Shown piece by piece: positions 48,765 through 58,468 of a DNA stretch of 64,000 nt. The first letter of the stretch is position 1; the number at the start of each line of letters is the position of its first letter. The position numbers were made by a program, and so were the translations under genes. The notes below the pieces were generated by a model. It did no database searches and was not told where the DNA came from. It saw only the letters and a list, made by a program, of their open reading frames with translations. Source of the stretch: Planctomycetota bacterium (GTDB taxonomy: Bacteria > Planctomycetota > UBA8108 > SXIK01); the NCBI GenBank assembly GCA_965223845.1, contig CBDCXR010000004.1, positions 2,336,001 to 2,400,000 of the forward strand, read 5' to 3'.

Positions 48765-49493
48765 TCAGTCGGTTCGCGGCCGGACGACGATCGCACGCGG
48801 CTCGGTCGGGCAGTACATCTGGCAGACTCCGCAGCCGGTGCAACCTTCGACTTTCACCTCGACTTCACCGCCGTAGTCGGGGATGTCGATCGCCAGCGGA
48901 CCGAGCGGGCACTTGTCGACGCAGATCTGGCAGTCTTCGCCCTGACTCCGCACGCAGAGGTGCACGTCGACCTCGGCGAGCCCCATGTCGATCTCCTCGG
49001 CGCGCACGGACTGCAGCGCACCGGTCGGACAGGCCTTCATGCAGGAGAGATCTTCGCAGACGACGCAGGCCTGAGACTCCGGCTCGATCATCGGCTTGTT
49101 CGCGCGTTCGGGCTCGGGATCGGCGACGAGCTTGATGGCGCTCACCGGGCAGGCGGCGACGCAACTCCCGCTCGAGACGCAGCGCGCGAGAAACTCGAGC
49201 TCGGGGAGCGCGCCCGGCGGTCGAAGAAGCGTCGCCCCGCTCGAGCTCGGCTCCGCGGGGACCGCTCCCGCCCCGTACGCCCCACCACCGTACGCGCCCG
49301 CCCCGTACTCGCCGCCGCTCGACGGCGGATTGTCTTCCCAGGTCTTGAACTCCGAGATCCGTTGCTCGGCGAGATCGGCGATCGGCTCGAACAGTTTCCG
49401 AAAGCCTTGGCGAAAGAACCCTCGGCGATGCACCCGGGCGCCCTCGTCTTCGCTGTCGGCGTCGTCCTGGCGCTTCAAATCTTGGTCACTCAT
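48765..49493 (-). CDS. NapG/MauM/NapF-type 4x[4Fe-4S] ferredoxin
   Basis: LRPPGA; CVSSGSCVAACP; CVVCEDLSCMKACP; C...CQICVDKCP; CTGCGVCQMYCP. Confidence 0.88.
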   Translation of the reverse strand: MSDQDLKRQDDADSEDEGARVHRRGFFRQGFRKLFEPIADLAEQRISEFKTWEDNPPSSGGEYGAGAYGGGAYGAGAVPAEPSSSGATLLRPPGALPELEFLARCVSSGSCVAACPVSAIKLVADPEPERANKPMIEPESQACVVCEDLSCMKACPTGALQSVRAEEIDMGLAEVDVHLCVRSQGEDCQICVDKCPLGPLAIDIPDYGGEVEVKVEGCTGCGVCQMYCPTEPRAIVVRPRTD

Positions 49494-49611
49494 CGCGATC
49501 GATGACGGTGGTCGTCTGCGGGAGGGAAGGGCGCGGCCGGCCCGGCGAATCGCCGCCGCGCGACGCGCGGACGCGAGCATCCAGAGTGCGACTCGCGCCG
49601 CAATCGCCCTC

Positions 49612-49620
49612 AGTATACCA
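49612..49620 (-). promoter_or_regulatory. Extended -10 for the ferredoxin gene
   Basis: Minus strand TGgTATACT. Confidence 0.5.
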
Positions 49621-49794
49621 GAACCTAGCCGGCGAACGTCGACGCCGCCTCGTGCTCGACGAGGCGCTCAACCGCCGAGAGAAAGATGAAAATTCAAGCG
49701 GGTCCTGGCGGCGGCGCTCGAATTACCGTAGATCTTGCGTCGATCTCGGCCGTACCGAGCCCGGTTCTCTCACCCAAGACGGGAGTCGATCGAA

Positions 49795-51501
49795 GTGCAC
49801 GCCACCTACAGCCTGGGGCTCGATTTCGGGACGAGCAGCGTGCGGGCGCTCGTCGTTCGCCTGGCCGACGGCGCGGAAATCGGCGCCGGCCAAGGACCGT
49901 ACGCACACGGCACGGGCGGCGTGATCGGCGACCCGCGGGATCCGAACTTCGCGCGACAAGACCCTCGCGACTATTTCGACTCGCTCGTCACCGCCGTCAC
50001 CGCGGCGGTCGAAGAGGCGCGCGAGGACGCAGAGTTCGTCACCGGCAGAATCGTCGGAATCGGGATCGACAGCACGGCGAGCACGCCGATCCCCGTCGAC
50101 GACGAGATGCTTCCACTCGCCGCCCGGCCGGAGTGGGAAGACCACCCCGACGCCCTCGCGTGGCTGTGGAAGGACCACACCGCGCACGCCGAGGCCGCGC
50201 GGATTACGGCGCGAGCGCTCGAGCTCCGGCCCGAGTACCTCACCAAATGCGGGGGGACGTACTCGAGCGAGTGGTACTGGGCGAAGCTCCTCCATGCGCT
50301 CGAGCGAGCGCCGGAAGTCCTCGCCGCCACCGCGGGCTGGATCGAGCAGGGCGACTACATCGCCGCGCGACTCACGGGCGTCTCGCGCGTCGAGAACGTC
50401 ACCGTCAATTCGTGCGCCGCGGGACACAAGGCGCTCTATCACTCATTATGGGGATTCCCCGACGAAGACTTCCTCCGCGCCGTCGATCCGCGGCTCGGCG
50501 ATTGGACGAGACGCCACCCGCTCCCTCGTCCCCGGCCGGCCGGGACTCAAGTCGGCGGCCTCGCCGCGGATTGGGCGCAGCGGCTCGCACTCGAACCCGG
50601 AATCCCGGTATCGGCCGCCGCAATCGACGCGCACGTCGGAGCCGTCGGTGCCGGCGTCCGACCGGGCGTTCTCGTCAAGATCCTCGGGACGAGCGGCTGC
50701 GACATGGCCGTCCATCCGGCAGCGGAACCGCTCGGTGACATCCCGGGTCTCTGCGGCATCGCCGAGGAGTCCATCCTCCCCGGACACTGGGGACTCGAAG
50801 CGGGCCAGTCGGCGCTCGGTGACCTCTTCGGCTGGTTCGAGCGTCAGTTTGGGGCGCCCGCCGGATTGACTCACGCGGAGCTCACTCGTCGGGCCGATCG
50901 ATTTCGCCCCGGCGAGACGGGACTCCTCGCGCTCGACTGGAACAACGGCAACCGCACGGTGCTCGCCGACCCGCGCCTGACGGGTCTTCTCGTCGGCCAG
51001 ACGCTTTTGACGCCGCCCGAGGCGATCTACCGCGCACTCATCGAAGCGACCGGGTTCGGCGCGCGCGTGATCCTGGACCGGTTCGAAGAGTTCGGCGTCC
51101 CGATCGAGGAGATCGTCGTTTGCGGCGGGATCGCCGAGAAGAGTCCGTTTCTGCTCCAAACCTACGCCGACATCACGGGACGCGCGATCGCCGTGTCCCG
51201 GTCGCGCCAGACCTGCGCCCTCGGCGCGGCGATCTTCGGCGCCGTCGCGGGGGGAACGGACCGCGGGGGACACGCCTCCGTCGAAGCGGCGCAGCGCGCG
51301 ATGACCGGCCGAAAACCCGAGGTGTACCGTCCGCGCACCGACGCGAACTCGGTCTACTCCGAGCTCTACCGACTTTATCGACGGCTCCACGACGCGTTCG
51401 GCGGAGTCACGAGCGGGAACGCGTCGACAAAGAACGATGGCTTGGGATCCGTGATGAAGGATCTCATCCGGCTCCGGGAAGAGTCGACGGCCCCGCGTTG
51501 A
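49795..51501 (+). CDS. araB: Ribulokinase (FGGY family)
   Basis: GLDFGTSSVRA, LWKDHTA, YSSEWYWAK, CAAGHKA, LEAGQSA.GD and LDWNNGNRT; GGGAG SD before the GTG. Confidence 0.93.
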   Translation: MHATYSLGLDFGTSSVRALVVRLADGAEIGAGQGPYAHGTGGVIGDPRDPNFARQDPRDYFDSLVTAVTAAVEEAREDAEFVTGRIVGIGIDSTASTPIPVDDEMLPLAARPEWEDHPDALAWLWKDHTAHAEAARITARALELRPEYLTKCGGTYSSEWYWAKLLHALERAPEVLAATAGWIEQGDYIAARLTGVSRVENVTVNSCAAGHKALYHSLWGFPDEDFLRAVDPRLGDWTRRHPLPRPRPAGTQVGGLAADWAQRLALEPGIPVSAAAIDAHVGAVGAGVRPGVLVKILGTSGCDMAVHPAAEPLGDIPGLCGIAEESILPGHWGLEAGQSALGDLFGWFERQFGAPAGLTHAELTRRADRFRPGETGLLALDWNNGNRTVLADPRLTGLLVGQTLLTPPEAIYRALIEATGFGARVILDRFEEFGVPIEEIVVCGGIAEKSPFLLQTYADITGRAIAVSRSRQTCALGAAIFGAVAGGTDRGGHASVEAAQRAMTGRKPEVYRPRTDANSVYSELYRLYRRLHDAFGGVTSGNASTKNDGLGSVMKDLIRLREESTAPR

Positions 51502-51571
51502 GCGGCTCCTTCCCGGCGGACTCAGCCACGCGGAGACGCCGAAAGCGGCGCGGCGCCTTGCCCCCGGAGCT

Positions 51572-51600
51572 TTGCGCGCCGGATACCGCCGTGCTAAGAT
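51572..51600 (+). promoter_or_regulatory. sigma70 promoter for the S41 protease
   Basis: TTGCGC-17 nt-(TGc)TAAGAT. Confidence 0.55.
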
Positions 51601-51685
51601 CCACGTATCCTATCCTGGACAAGCGACTTACGTACGAGTCGATCCGACCCGTACCGAGGAGAGAACCCAGCGGAGACAACCCAGT

Positions 51686-54625
51686 ATGGTGACTACGCCG
51701 AGCGATCACGGCTCTGGGGGCGTTGTGCCTCGCGCGGAACCGGACGCGCTGCGCAGCGCGGCGGCCCGCGCGCTCTTTCGCGGCTTGCTGCTCGTCGCAC
51801 TCACGGTCGTGGTAATCGTTCTCGCCGTCTCACCCGGGTTCACCCCGGTCGAGGGCGGTGACAACAACTCGGTGCGCGAGCCGTTCGCGGTCGGTCTCCT
51901 GCCCGAGCTCGCGGAGCACCTCGAACGGAACTACCTCGATCCGCAGAAGCTCGCCGAGCCGCGCGAGCTCCTCCGTCGTGCGTTCGTCGCGCTCGAGACC
52001 TCCGTCGACGAAATCTACGTAGAAAACTCCGACCCAGACGACCCGTACGTCCGAGTTCACATCGGGAACAAGGTCCACGTTTACGACCTGCTCACCGTCG
52101 ACCGCTTGAGCGAGGCGGTCCCGATGCTGAACGCCCTCTTTCGGTACATTCAGAACAACTACGAGGGCGAGCTCAGCGTCCGCGACATACAGTACGACGT
52201 CCTCAATGGATTCTTGACCGGGCTCGATCCGCACACGCTGGTGTTCAGCCCGAAAGAGTTCGAGGACTTTTCCGTCCACATCGAAGGCGAGATCGCCGGT
52301 GTGGGCATGTACGTCGGGACGCGCGACGGCAAGCTGACCGCGGTCGAGATTCTGAAGGGAACGCCGGCCGAACGTGCCGGCTTTCAGCGCGGCGACGTGA
52401 TCGTGCAGATTGGGGACGAGTCGACGGTCAATATGACCGTGCTCGAAGCGGTCGACATCATCCGCGGGCCGATCAAGTCGACGGTGACGCTCACCGTCAA
52501 ACGGAAGTCGAAGGATGATCCGAAGAAAGTCGAGACGCTCGCGATCGACGTCGTGCGCGAACGGGTCGTCATCAAGAGCGTCGAATCGTCCCTCATCCGC
52601 GACTGGAAGGGCCCCGGCCTCGGCTCCGCGGACGCGCCCGTCGGTTACGTATCGATTCGCAATTTCGACAAGAACACGACCAGCGGACTCGTGGAGCACC
52701 TCGAGAAGCTGTCGGAGCAGAACGAAGGGAAGCCTCTCGCGGGACTGATCCTCGATTTCCGCGGCAACTCCGGCGGTCTCCTCGACCAGGCCGTCAAGAT
52801 GTGCGACCTCTTCCTGAAGGAAGGCGATGTCGTCGTCCAGGCGTACCGCGGACGCCTCGCGAACCGGCAGAGAGCCGTCGACGACGGCTCGGAGCCCGAG
52901 ATGCCGTTGGTCGTTCTCGGCGACGAACGCTCGGCCTCTGGCGCCGAGATCGTCATCGGTGCTCTGCAAAGAAACGACCGCGCGGTCGTTCTCGGCACCC
53001 GCACGTTCGGCAAGGGCTCCGTGCAGCAGCTCCACCCGCTTCACAGCGTCGCGCCGAAGGTGGCCCAGCTCAAGATCACGGTCAGCGAATATCTAATCCC
53101 GGGCGATATCTCGATCCAAGAAAACGGCGTCGTGCCTGACATCCGCGCGATCCCGGTCGTTCTGAACGGCGATCTCACCGCGGAGGAGTTCGATCTCTTC
53201 CCGGACGAAGATCGGCTGAGCGAAAGGAACTACAACCGCCGCATCGTCTCCCGCTTCGCGCGCGACGAGAAACCTGCACACACGATCAAGTATCTCCATG
53301 TTCCGGAAGAGTACGACCCCGACAACGATCTCTTCGTTCGCGGCGAATTGACGCCGACGACCGACAAGCTCGTCACCGTGGCGCTCAGCGTGCTCGAAGA
53401 GCTTCGGGAGACGCCGAAGCGTTCGGAGATGCTCGCGGAAAAGAGCGCTGCGATCCGCACGCTCGGTGACTCGCTCTTCGGCGAGATCGTCACGAAGCTC
53501 GGAGAGCTCGGCATCGACTGGACCGCCGGTCCGGCGCCGGAACGGCCCTCGGTGGAGCTGAGCCTCAGCACCAAGCTGATCCAGGAGCCGTCGGGCGACG
53601 AAGAGGATCCCGTCCCGATCAACAAGCTCCTCGTGACCGCAAAGCTCAAGAACCGAGGCGACGAAACGCTCTACCGAGTGAAGGGCCGGTCGTCGTCCGA
53701 CTATGTCTTCTACCGCGACCGCGAGTTTCTCTTCGGCAAGATCGAGCCGGGTGCGACCGTCGAACGGTCCCTCCGCGTCACGCTGCCGTACTTTCCGATC
53801 GCCCGGAGTGACGTGATGGGCGTCGAGCTCAGTGGGCACGACAACGCGGTCTTCGCGACCGCGGAGACCGCGATCGCGCTCTCGGGCGCGGGCCGGCCGC
53901 GTTTTTCGATCTCGACGTCACTCGTCGATCGCGAGACCGACGCCGCTCTCGGGCATCTCAGCCCAGGTCGCGAGGTCCGGCTGCGGGCGGTGGTGACGAA
54001 CACGGGAAACGGACCGTCTCACAAGGGCGCGCTGATCCTCCGCAACGAAACCGGCCGGCAAATCTTCCTCACGAAGGGACGGATCGAGTTCAAGGACCTC
54101 GCCCCCGGAGAAGAGAGCGTCGCGGAATTCGAGTTCTCCGTCCGGGATGGGGAACCAGTCTCGGAGTACGAGCTCGAAGTCGCCGCGATCGACACCTACG
54201 CCGGCGCGTCCATCAGCCGTCGCCTCAAGATTCCGAGCGAAGACGACGGCGGCCTCCCGCCAAAGGAGATCACCTACGAGGCGCCGCGGATCACCGCGAG
54301 GCTGAACGCGTCGCCCGAGACATCCGGCCAGCCCGAGCCGCTCCTCGTCACGTCTCTCGCCGCGGTCGAACTCGAGGCGAAGGTGTCCACTCCTACCGGC
54401 GTCCCGTTCAAGTTCTGGATCGTTCGCACGACGGGCGCACGGCACAGCGAGGAGCTCCCGGACAAGATCTTCTACGACGACTCGAAGGGCGCGACGGAGG
54501 CGTCGTTTTCGACGCGCGTTGCGCTCGAGGAGGGAACGAACGTGTTCACCCTCGTCGCGCACGATCGAAACGAACTCGAGACCCGCGAGCGCCTGGTCAT
54601 TCGCCGAGCGACACCGGAGAAATAG
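51686..54625 (+). CDS. C-terminal processing protease (S41) with PDZ and C-terminal CARDB/Ig-like domains (MXAN_5808-like architecture)
   Basis: LDPHT; PDZ GVGM; LDFRGNSGGLL; SASGAEI (Ser); TFGKGSVQ (Lys); GVVPDI; two TAKLKN/VTNTG Ig-like modules. Confidence 0.92.
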   Translation: MVTTPSDHGSGGVVPRAEPDALRSAAARALFRGLLLVALTVVVIVLAVSPGFTPVEGGDNNSVREPFAVGLLPELAEHLERNYLDPQKLAEPRELLRRAFVALETSVDEIYVENSDPDDPYVRVHIGNKVHVYDLLTVDRLSEAVPMLNALFRYIQNNYEGELSVRDIQYDVLNGFLTGLDPHTLVFSPKEFEDFSVHIEGEIAGVGMYVGTRDGKLTAVEILKGTPAERAGFQRGDVIVQIGDESTVNMTVLEAVDIIRGPIKSTVTLTVKRKSKDDPKKVETLAIDVVRERVVIKSVESSLIRDWKGPGLGSADAPVGYVSIRNFDKNTTSGLVEHLEKLSEQNEGKPLAGLILDFRGNSGGLLDQAVKMCDLFLKEGDVVVQAYRGRLANRQRAVDDGSEPEMPLVVLGDERSASGAEIVIGALQRNDRAVVLGTRTFGKGSVQQLHPLHSVAPKVAQLKITVSEYLIPGDISIQENGVVPDIRAIPVVLNGDLTAEEFDLFPDEDRLSERNYNRRIVSRFARDEKPAHTIKYLHVPEEYDPDNDLFVRGELTPTTDKLVTVALSVLEELRETPKRSEMLAEKSAAIRTLGDSLFGEIVTKLGELGIDWTAGPAPERPSVELSLSTKLIQEPSGDEEDPVPINKLLVTAKLKNRGDETLYRVKGRSSSDYVFYRDREFLFGKIEPGATVERSLRVTLPYFPIARSDVMGVELSGHDNAVFATAETAIALSGAGRPRFSISTSLVDRETDAALGHLSPGREVRLRAVVTNTGNGPSHKGALILRNETGRQIFLTKGRIEFKDLAPGEESVAEFEFSVRDGEPVSEYELEVAAIDTYAGASISRRLKIPSEDDGGLPPKEITYEAPRITARLNASPETSGQPEPLLVTSLAAVELEAKVSTPTGVPFKFWIVRTTGARHSEELPDKIFYDDSKGATEASFSTRVALEEGTNVFTLVAHDRNELETRERLVIRRATPEK

Positions 54626-54721
54626 TGATCCAACGAACTCGACCGCTGCGGCGACCGCCCCCACCGGCGCCGCGGCGCGTGCCTGCGGGTGAAGGCGTCT
54701 CTCGGGCGAAAGTCGCCGTTT

Positions 54722-56545
54722 TCAGCGAGCGGACTCGAGGTTCGCCTTGAGTCGCGCGATCTTCGCTTCGAGCTCCTTCTTTCGAAGCGAGAACTTCGCC
54801 AGATCGGTCTCGGCCTTCTCACGGCGACTCTTGAGCTGGGATTCGAGATCGTTCTTCGCCCAGCGGAGCTCCTCGAGCACGTCCGCGAACTCGAGCTCGG
54901 CCTTCCCGAGCTCGGATCGCCGCTCGGCGTCTCGGCGGCGCGAGGCGATCGCCCCCGCGGAGGCAGCCGCCGTACCTTCGATCTTCGCGCGGGCTTCGTC
55001 CACGTCGCACTGCGCGAGATCGCGGTCTGCGGCGATCGTTCGGATCTGCGCGTCGATGCGGTATCGATCGCCTTCGAAGAGCTCCCGGAGATACCCGTCT
55101 TCATCCTCGAGCTCGGCGAGTCGACTCTCGACGTACCGTCGATTGCCCTGCGCGATACGTACGTCCCGGGAGTGAACGAGGACCTCGATTTCCTTCGCGA
55201 GCGCCGTCCACTGAGGAGCGTCGGGAGCAACGCCGCGCTCGTCGAGCCGCGCCATCGCCGCTCGTCGCTCCGCCATTTTCGGCTCGAACAGGAAGCCGTC
55301 GCGCGCGAGCACTGTCGCCTCCTCGCGAAGGGGAGGAGGAACGCTCTCTTCGCGCTTGAGCCACTCGAGCTTGAACTCTTCCTGAAGCGCGTAGATCCGA
55401 AGATAGGTCCACTCGATCTCCTCGACGATCACTCGCCCGCGAGCCAGGAGACGAAGCGTCTCGCGCGCACGAGTTTCCGCGCCACTAACGTCTGCGGCGG
55501 CGGGCTCCGCCTTCGCGAGGAGCGTTTCGATCTTCGCGGCGATCGCGCGGAGCTCCGACTTCTTTTCGTCGATCGAAGTCGCGAGCGGGAGAAGTGCATC
55601 GTAGAGACCGAGTCGACTCTCTAGCTTTCTCAGGACCGCCACCGATCGGAGATAATCGATCCACTCTCGCTCCGACCGGATCCGGCGGAGGACGAGCGTC
55701 GCGGGAGTGCGCCGCGAGGCGAGCTCGGCGAGGCTCTCGACGACATCGGTGTTCACGATGGGAGGAAGCATCCACCGCCGGAGGCGTGACGAGGTCGTTG
55801 CGTGCCAGAGGAGCGAATGCGTCGCGCTTCGCCGAAGAGTGCCGCCGAGAGTGATCTCGCAGACCTCGGGAATCGCACTGCCGAAGCTTTCCTCTCGCGA
55901 CGGCACGTCCCCACGGTCCGGGTCGAGCGAGTCCCCGCCCGGCTCAACCGTCTCGTCGGCCGCCGAGTCTCGATCCTCCGCTGGAGCTCCGTCGCGGGCT
56001 TCCGCGCTCCCGTCGCCGTCGCCCTCTTCCGCGGGGGGAGCCGGTTCGGGGCGCGCACGGCGAGCGCCATACGAAAAGCCTCGGACGAACGCGGGAAAGC
56101 CGAAGTCGCCGTCGTTCAGCAAGCCTTCGGCCGGGTACTCCCGGGCGACACCTCCGTCTTCCCACCGGACAATCGCGAGGAGACGATCGCCTTGCGTCTT
56201 TTCGAAGTCCTCCGGGCCCGTGATGTTCCACGCGCTCGCGCCGCGACAGCCGATCGCCTCGAGTGCGCGCGCGATCTCGGGTCCGGTCGCGTCGAACTCG
56301 AGCACGGTCTCGTGCGTCGGACCGCTCCGGTGACAGGCGAAGACCTCGAGGATGCGCGATGGGTTGACGAAGCGGCTCGCGATGTGCACTTCCCCCCGTT
56401 CGGGGACGGCGACGACACTTCCACTCGGCGTCGTGGGCGATTCCTCGGCGAGAACGTCTCGACCCAGCCCACAGAGGAGCAACAACGAGACGGTGACGAC
56501 CACGACTCCCGCCGAAGCGGGGTTCAGGGACCCAGACATTCTCAC
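54722..56545 (-). CDS. Secreted hypothetical protein with YdjY-like domain and long C-terminal coiled coil
   Basis: Signal peptide; ILEVFAC...THETVL....GPEIARALEAIG...GDRL...WE pattern; heptad-rich C-terminal half; TACAAT -10 upstream at 56626-56631. Confidence 0.65.
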   Translation of the reverse strand: MRMSGSLNPASAGVVVVTVSLLLLCGLGRDVLAEESPTTPSGSVVAVPERGEVHIASRFVNPSRILEVFACHRSGPTHETVLEFDATGPEIARALEAIGCRGASAWNITGPEDFEKTQGDRLLAIVRWEDGGVAREYPAEGLLNDGDFGFPAFVRGFSYGARRARPEPAPPAEEGDGDGSAEARDGAPAEDRDSAADETVEPGGDSLDPDRGDVPSREESFGSAIPEVCEITLGGTLRRSATHSLLWHATTSSRLRRWMLPPIVNTDVVESLAELASRRTPATLVLRRIRSEREWIDYLRSVAVLRKLESRLGLYDALLPLATSIDEKKSELRAIAAKIETLLAKAEPAAADVSGAETRARETLRLLARGRVIVEEIEWTYLRIYALQEEFKLEWLKREESVPPPLREEATVLARDGFLFEPKMAERRAAMARLDERGVAPDAPQWTALAKEIEVLVHSRDVRIAQGNRRYVESRLAELEDEDGYLRELFEGDRYRIDAQIRTIAADRDLAQCDVDEARAKIEGTAAASAGAIASRRRDAERRSELGKAELEFADVLEELRWAKNDLESQLKSRREKAETDLAKFSLRKKELEAKIARLKANLESAR

Positions 56546-56676
56546 GCGACGCCTCCTCTGCGGGGGGTGAAGAAAGTCGACGATCGATCCTTCGGAAAAC
56601 GAGATTTACGCTCGACGGCCGCGGTATTGTACCCCGGAGAGCTCGGGGGACCGGAACCGGAGCCCGGAAGCCGCGA

Positions 56677-57927
56677 TCAGATGCCGGAGAAATCGAGCGT
56701 CGCAAAGAGATCGTCGAGGGTCTCTGCACGCCGGATCTCCTCGACCGCACCGTTCTCGCGAACGAGCAGCTCCGCCGAGCGCAGCTTTCCGTTGTAGTTG
56801 AACCCCATGGCGTGACCGTGGGCGCCGGTGTCGTGAATGACGACGAGGTCGCCGATGTCGATCTCCGGAAGCGCACGATCGATTGCGAACTTGTCGTTGT
56901 TTTCGCACAGCGACCCCGTGACGTCATAGACGTGGTCGGCGGGGGCGGTCTCCTTGCCGACGACCGTGAGGTGGTGGTAGGCCCCGTACATCCCAGGTCG
57001 CATGAGATTCGCCATCGACGCGTCGAGCCCGACGAAGTTCTTGTAGGTCCCCTTCTTGTGGCGGACGCGGGACACGAGGAAGCCGTGTGGCCCGGTGATG
57101 AGACGGCCACTTTCGGTGTACACGCGGAGCGGATCGAGACCCGCGGGAACGATGATCTCCTCGTAGAGGTCCCGAACGGAGCGCCCCACCGCCTCGAGGT
57201 CGACGGGAGACTCCTCCGGCCGGTACGGAACGCCGAAGCCACCGCCGAGGTTCACGAACTCGACCCGGAGATCCAGGCGATCTTTCAAATCCCGAGCGAG
57301 CTCGAAGAGCATCCGCGCGGTCGTCGAAAACGCCTCGAGCTCGAGCGCGTTCGAGATCACCATGGTGTGGAGCCCGAACCGCGTCGCCCCCGCCTCGCGC
57401 GCGGCCGCGTACGCGTCGAAGAACTGCGCGCGCGTCACCCCGAACTTCGCCTCCTTCGGGTCGCCGATGATGCGGTTCCCCTCACGCTCCGGCCCGGGGT
57501 TGAACCGAAACGAGATCATCTCGGGCATGCCCGCGTGCTCGATGAGAAACGGCAGATGGCTCACATCGTCTAGGTTGACGATCGCCCCGATCTCGCGCGC
57601 CTTGACGAACTCTTCCGCGGGCGTGTTGTTGGACGAGAACATCACGTCCTCGCCGCGGATGCCGACGCGATCGGCGAGCACGAGCTCGGCGAGCGAGCTG
57701 CAATCCGCCCCGAAGCCCTCGTCGGCGAGAAGCTTCAAAATGAACGGATTCGGCGTCGCCTTGACCGCGAAGAACTCCTTGAATCCTTCGCACCAAGCGA
57801 ACGCCTCGTTGAGGCGCCGCGCGGTGCGGCGAATGCCCGTCTCGTCGTAGATGTGGAGGGGCGTCGGGTACTCGGCGGTGATCCGCTCGAGCAGCTCTCG
57901 ACTGAACGGAAGAGTCTTGTCGTTCAT
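56677..57927 (-). CDS. lysA: Diaminopimelate decarboxylase
   Basis: FFAVKA (PLP lysine), KFG, NLGGGFG, ESGR, GSLCENND and GAHGHAMGFNYNG; CAGGA SD before MNDKTLPF. Confidence 0.96.
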   Translation of the reverse strand: MNDKTLPFSRELLERITAEYPTPLHIYDETGIRRTARRLNEAFAWCEGFKEFFAVKATPNPFILKLLADEGFGADCSSLAELVLADRVGIRGEDVMFSSNNTPAEEFVKAREIGAIVNLDDVSHLPFLIEHAGMPEMISFRFNPGPEREGNRIIGDPKEAKFGVTRAQFFDAYAAAREAGATRFGLHTMVISNALELEAFSTTARMLFELARDLKDRLDLRVEFVNLGGGFGVPYRPEESPVDLEAVGRSVRDLYEEIIVPAGLDPLRVYTESGRLITGPHGFLVSRVRHKKGTYKNFVGLDASMANLMRPGMYGAYHHLTVVGKETAPADHVYDVTGSLCENNDKFAIDRALPEIDIGDLVVIHDTGAHGHAMGFNYNGKLRSAELLVRENGAVEEIRRAETLDDLFATLDFSGI

Positions 57928-58018
57928 GGATTCCTGGCGCGAAGTCAACCGGCGGCGCGCGGAACGCCGACCGCCGGAGACGGTCGGCGAGATCGGAGCG
58001 CCGCGAAGAGAATCGGGG

Positions 58019-58027
58019 AGCATACCA
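58019..58027 (-). promoter_or_regulatory. Extended -10 for lysA; leader contains a 9-bp hairpin
   Basis: Minus strand TGgTATGCT. CGCCGACCG-N7-CGGTCGGCG at about 57965-57989. Confidence 0.45.
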
Positions 58028-58468
58028 CACGGGGCGCGCGGAGTCCCGGGAACCGGATTCCGGGCAAGGAGCCCCGGCGGTCGCCCCACTCGGCGTGAGA
58101 TTCGCGCGAGGGCGCCGGGCGGCGACGGCGGATCGTGACCGCGACCTCGACGGCCACTCGGGCCGTCGAATCCCGCAGTCATCGCGGTGCCGAACACCGG
58201 CTCTTCGAGAAGACGTCGAGTTCGTTCGTTCGACGTTAGCCGGCCGTCGTACCCCGATTTGGGCCGCCGCCTCACGCCCCGGTCTCTCTCCGTGCGTTCG
58301 CCACGTCCGAAAGTGACCTGGACGCTCGTCCCCCAACGCGTAAGATGGACTCGGTGATGTTCTATCCGGCGTCATCGCCCGCGCGTCGCCACGAGGCGAA
58401 CCGACGACGCCCTCTTCGGCTAGTGTCGATAGCTTCCTCGATTCGATAGTCTTCCGAAACACGTCGGC

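Noticed and set aside
57928-58468. Possible lysine riboswitch upstream of lysA
   Set aside because: I see no L-box consensus. An extended -10 at 58019-58027 implies a leader of only about 85 nt. The hairpins are simple GC-rich stems.
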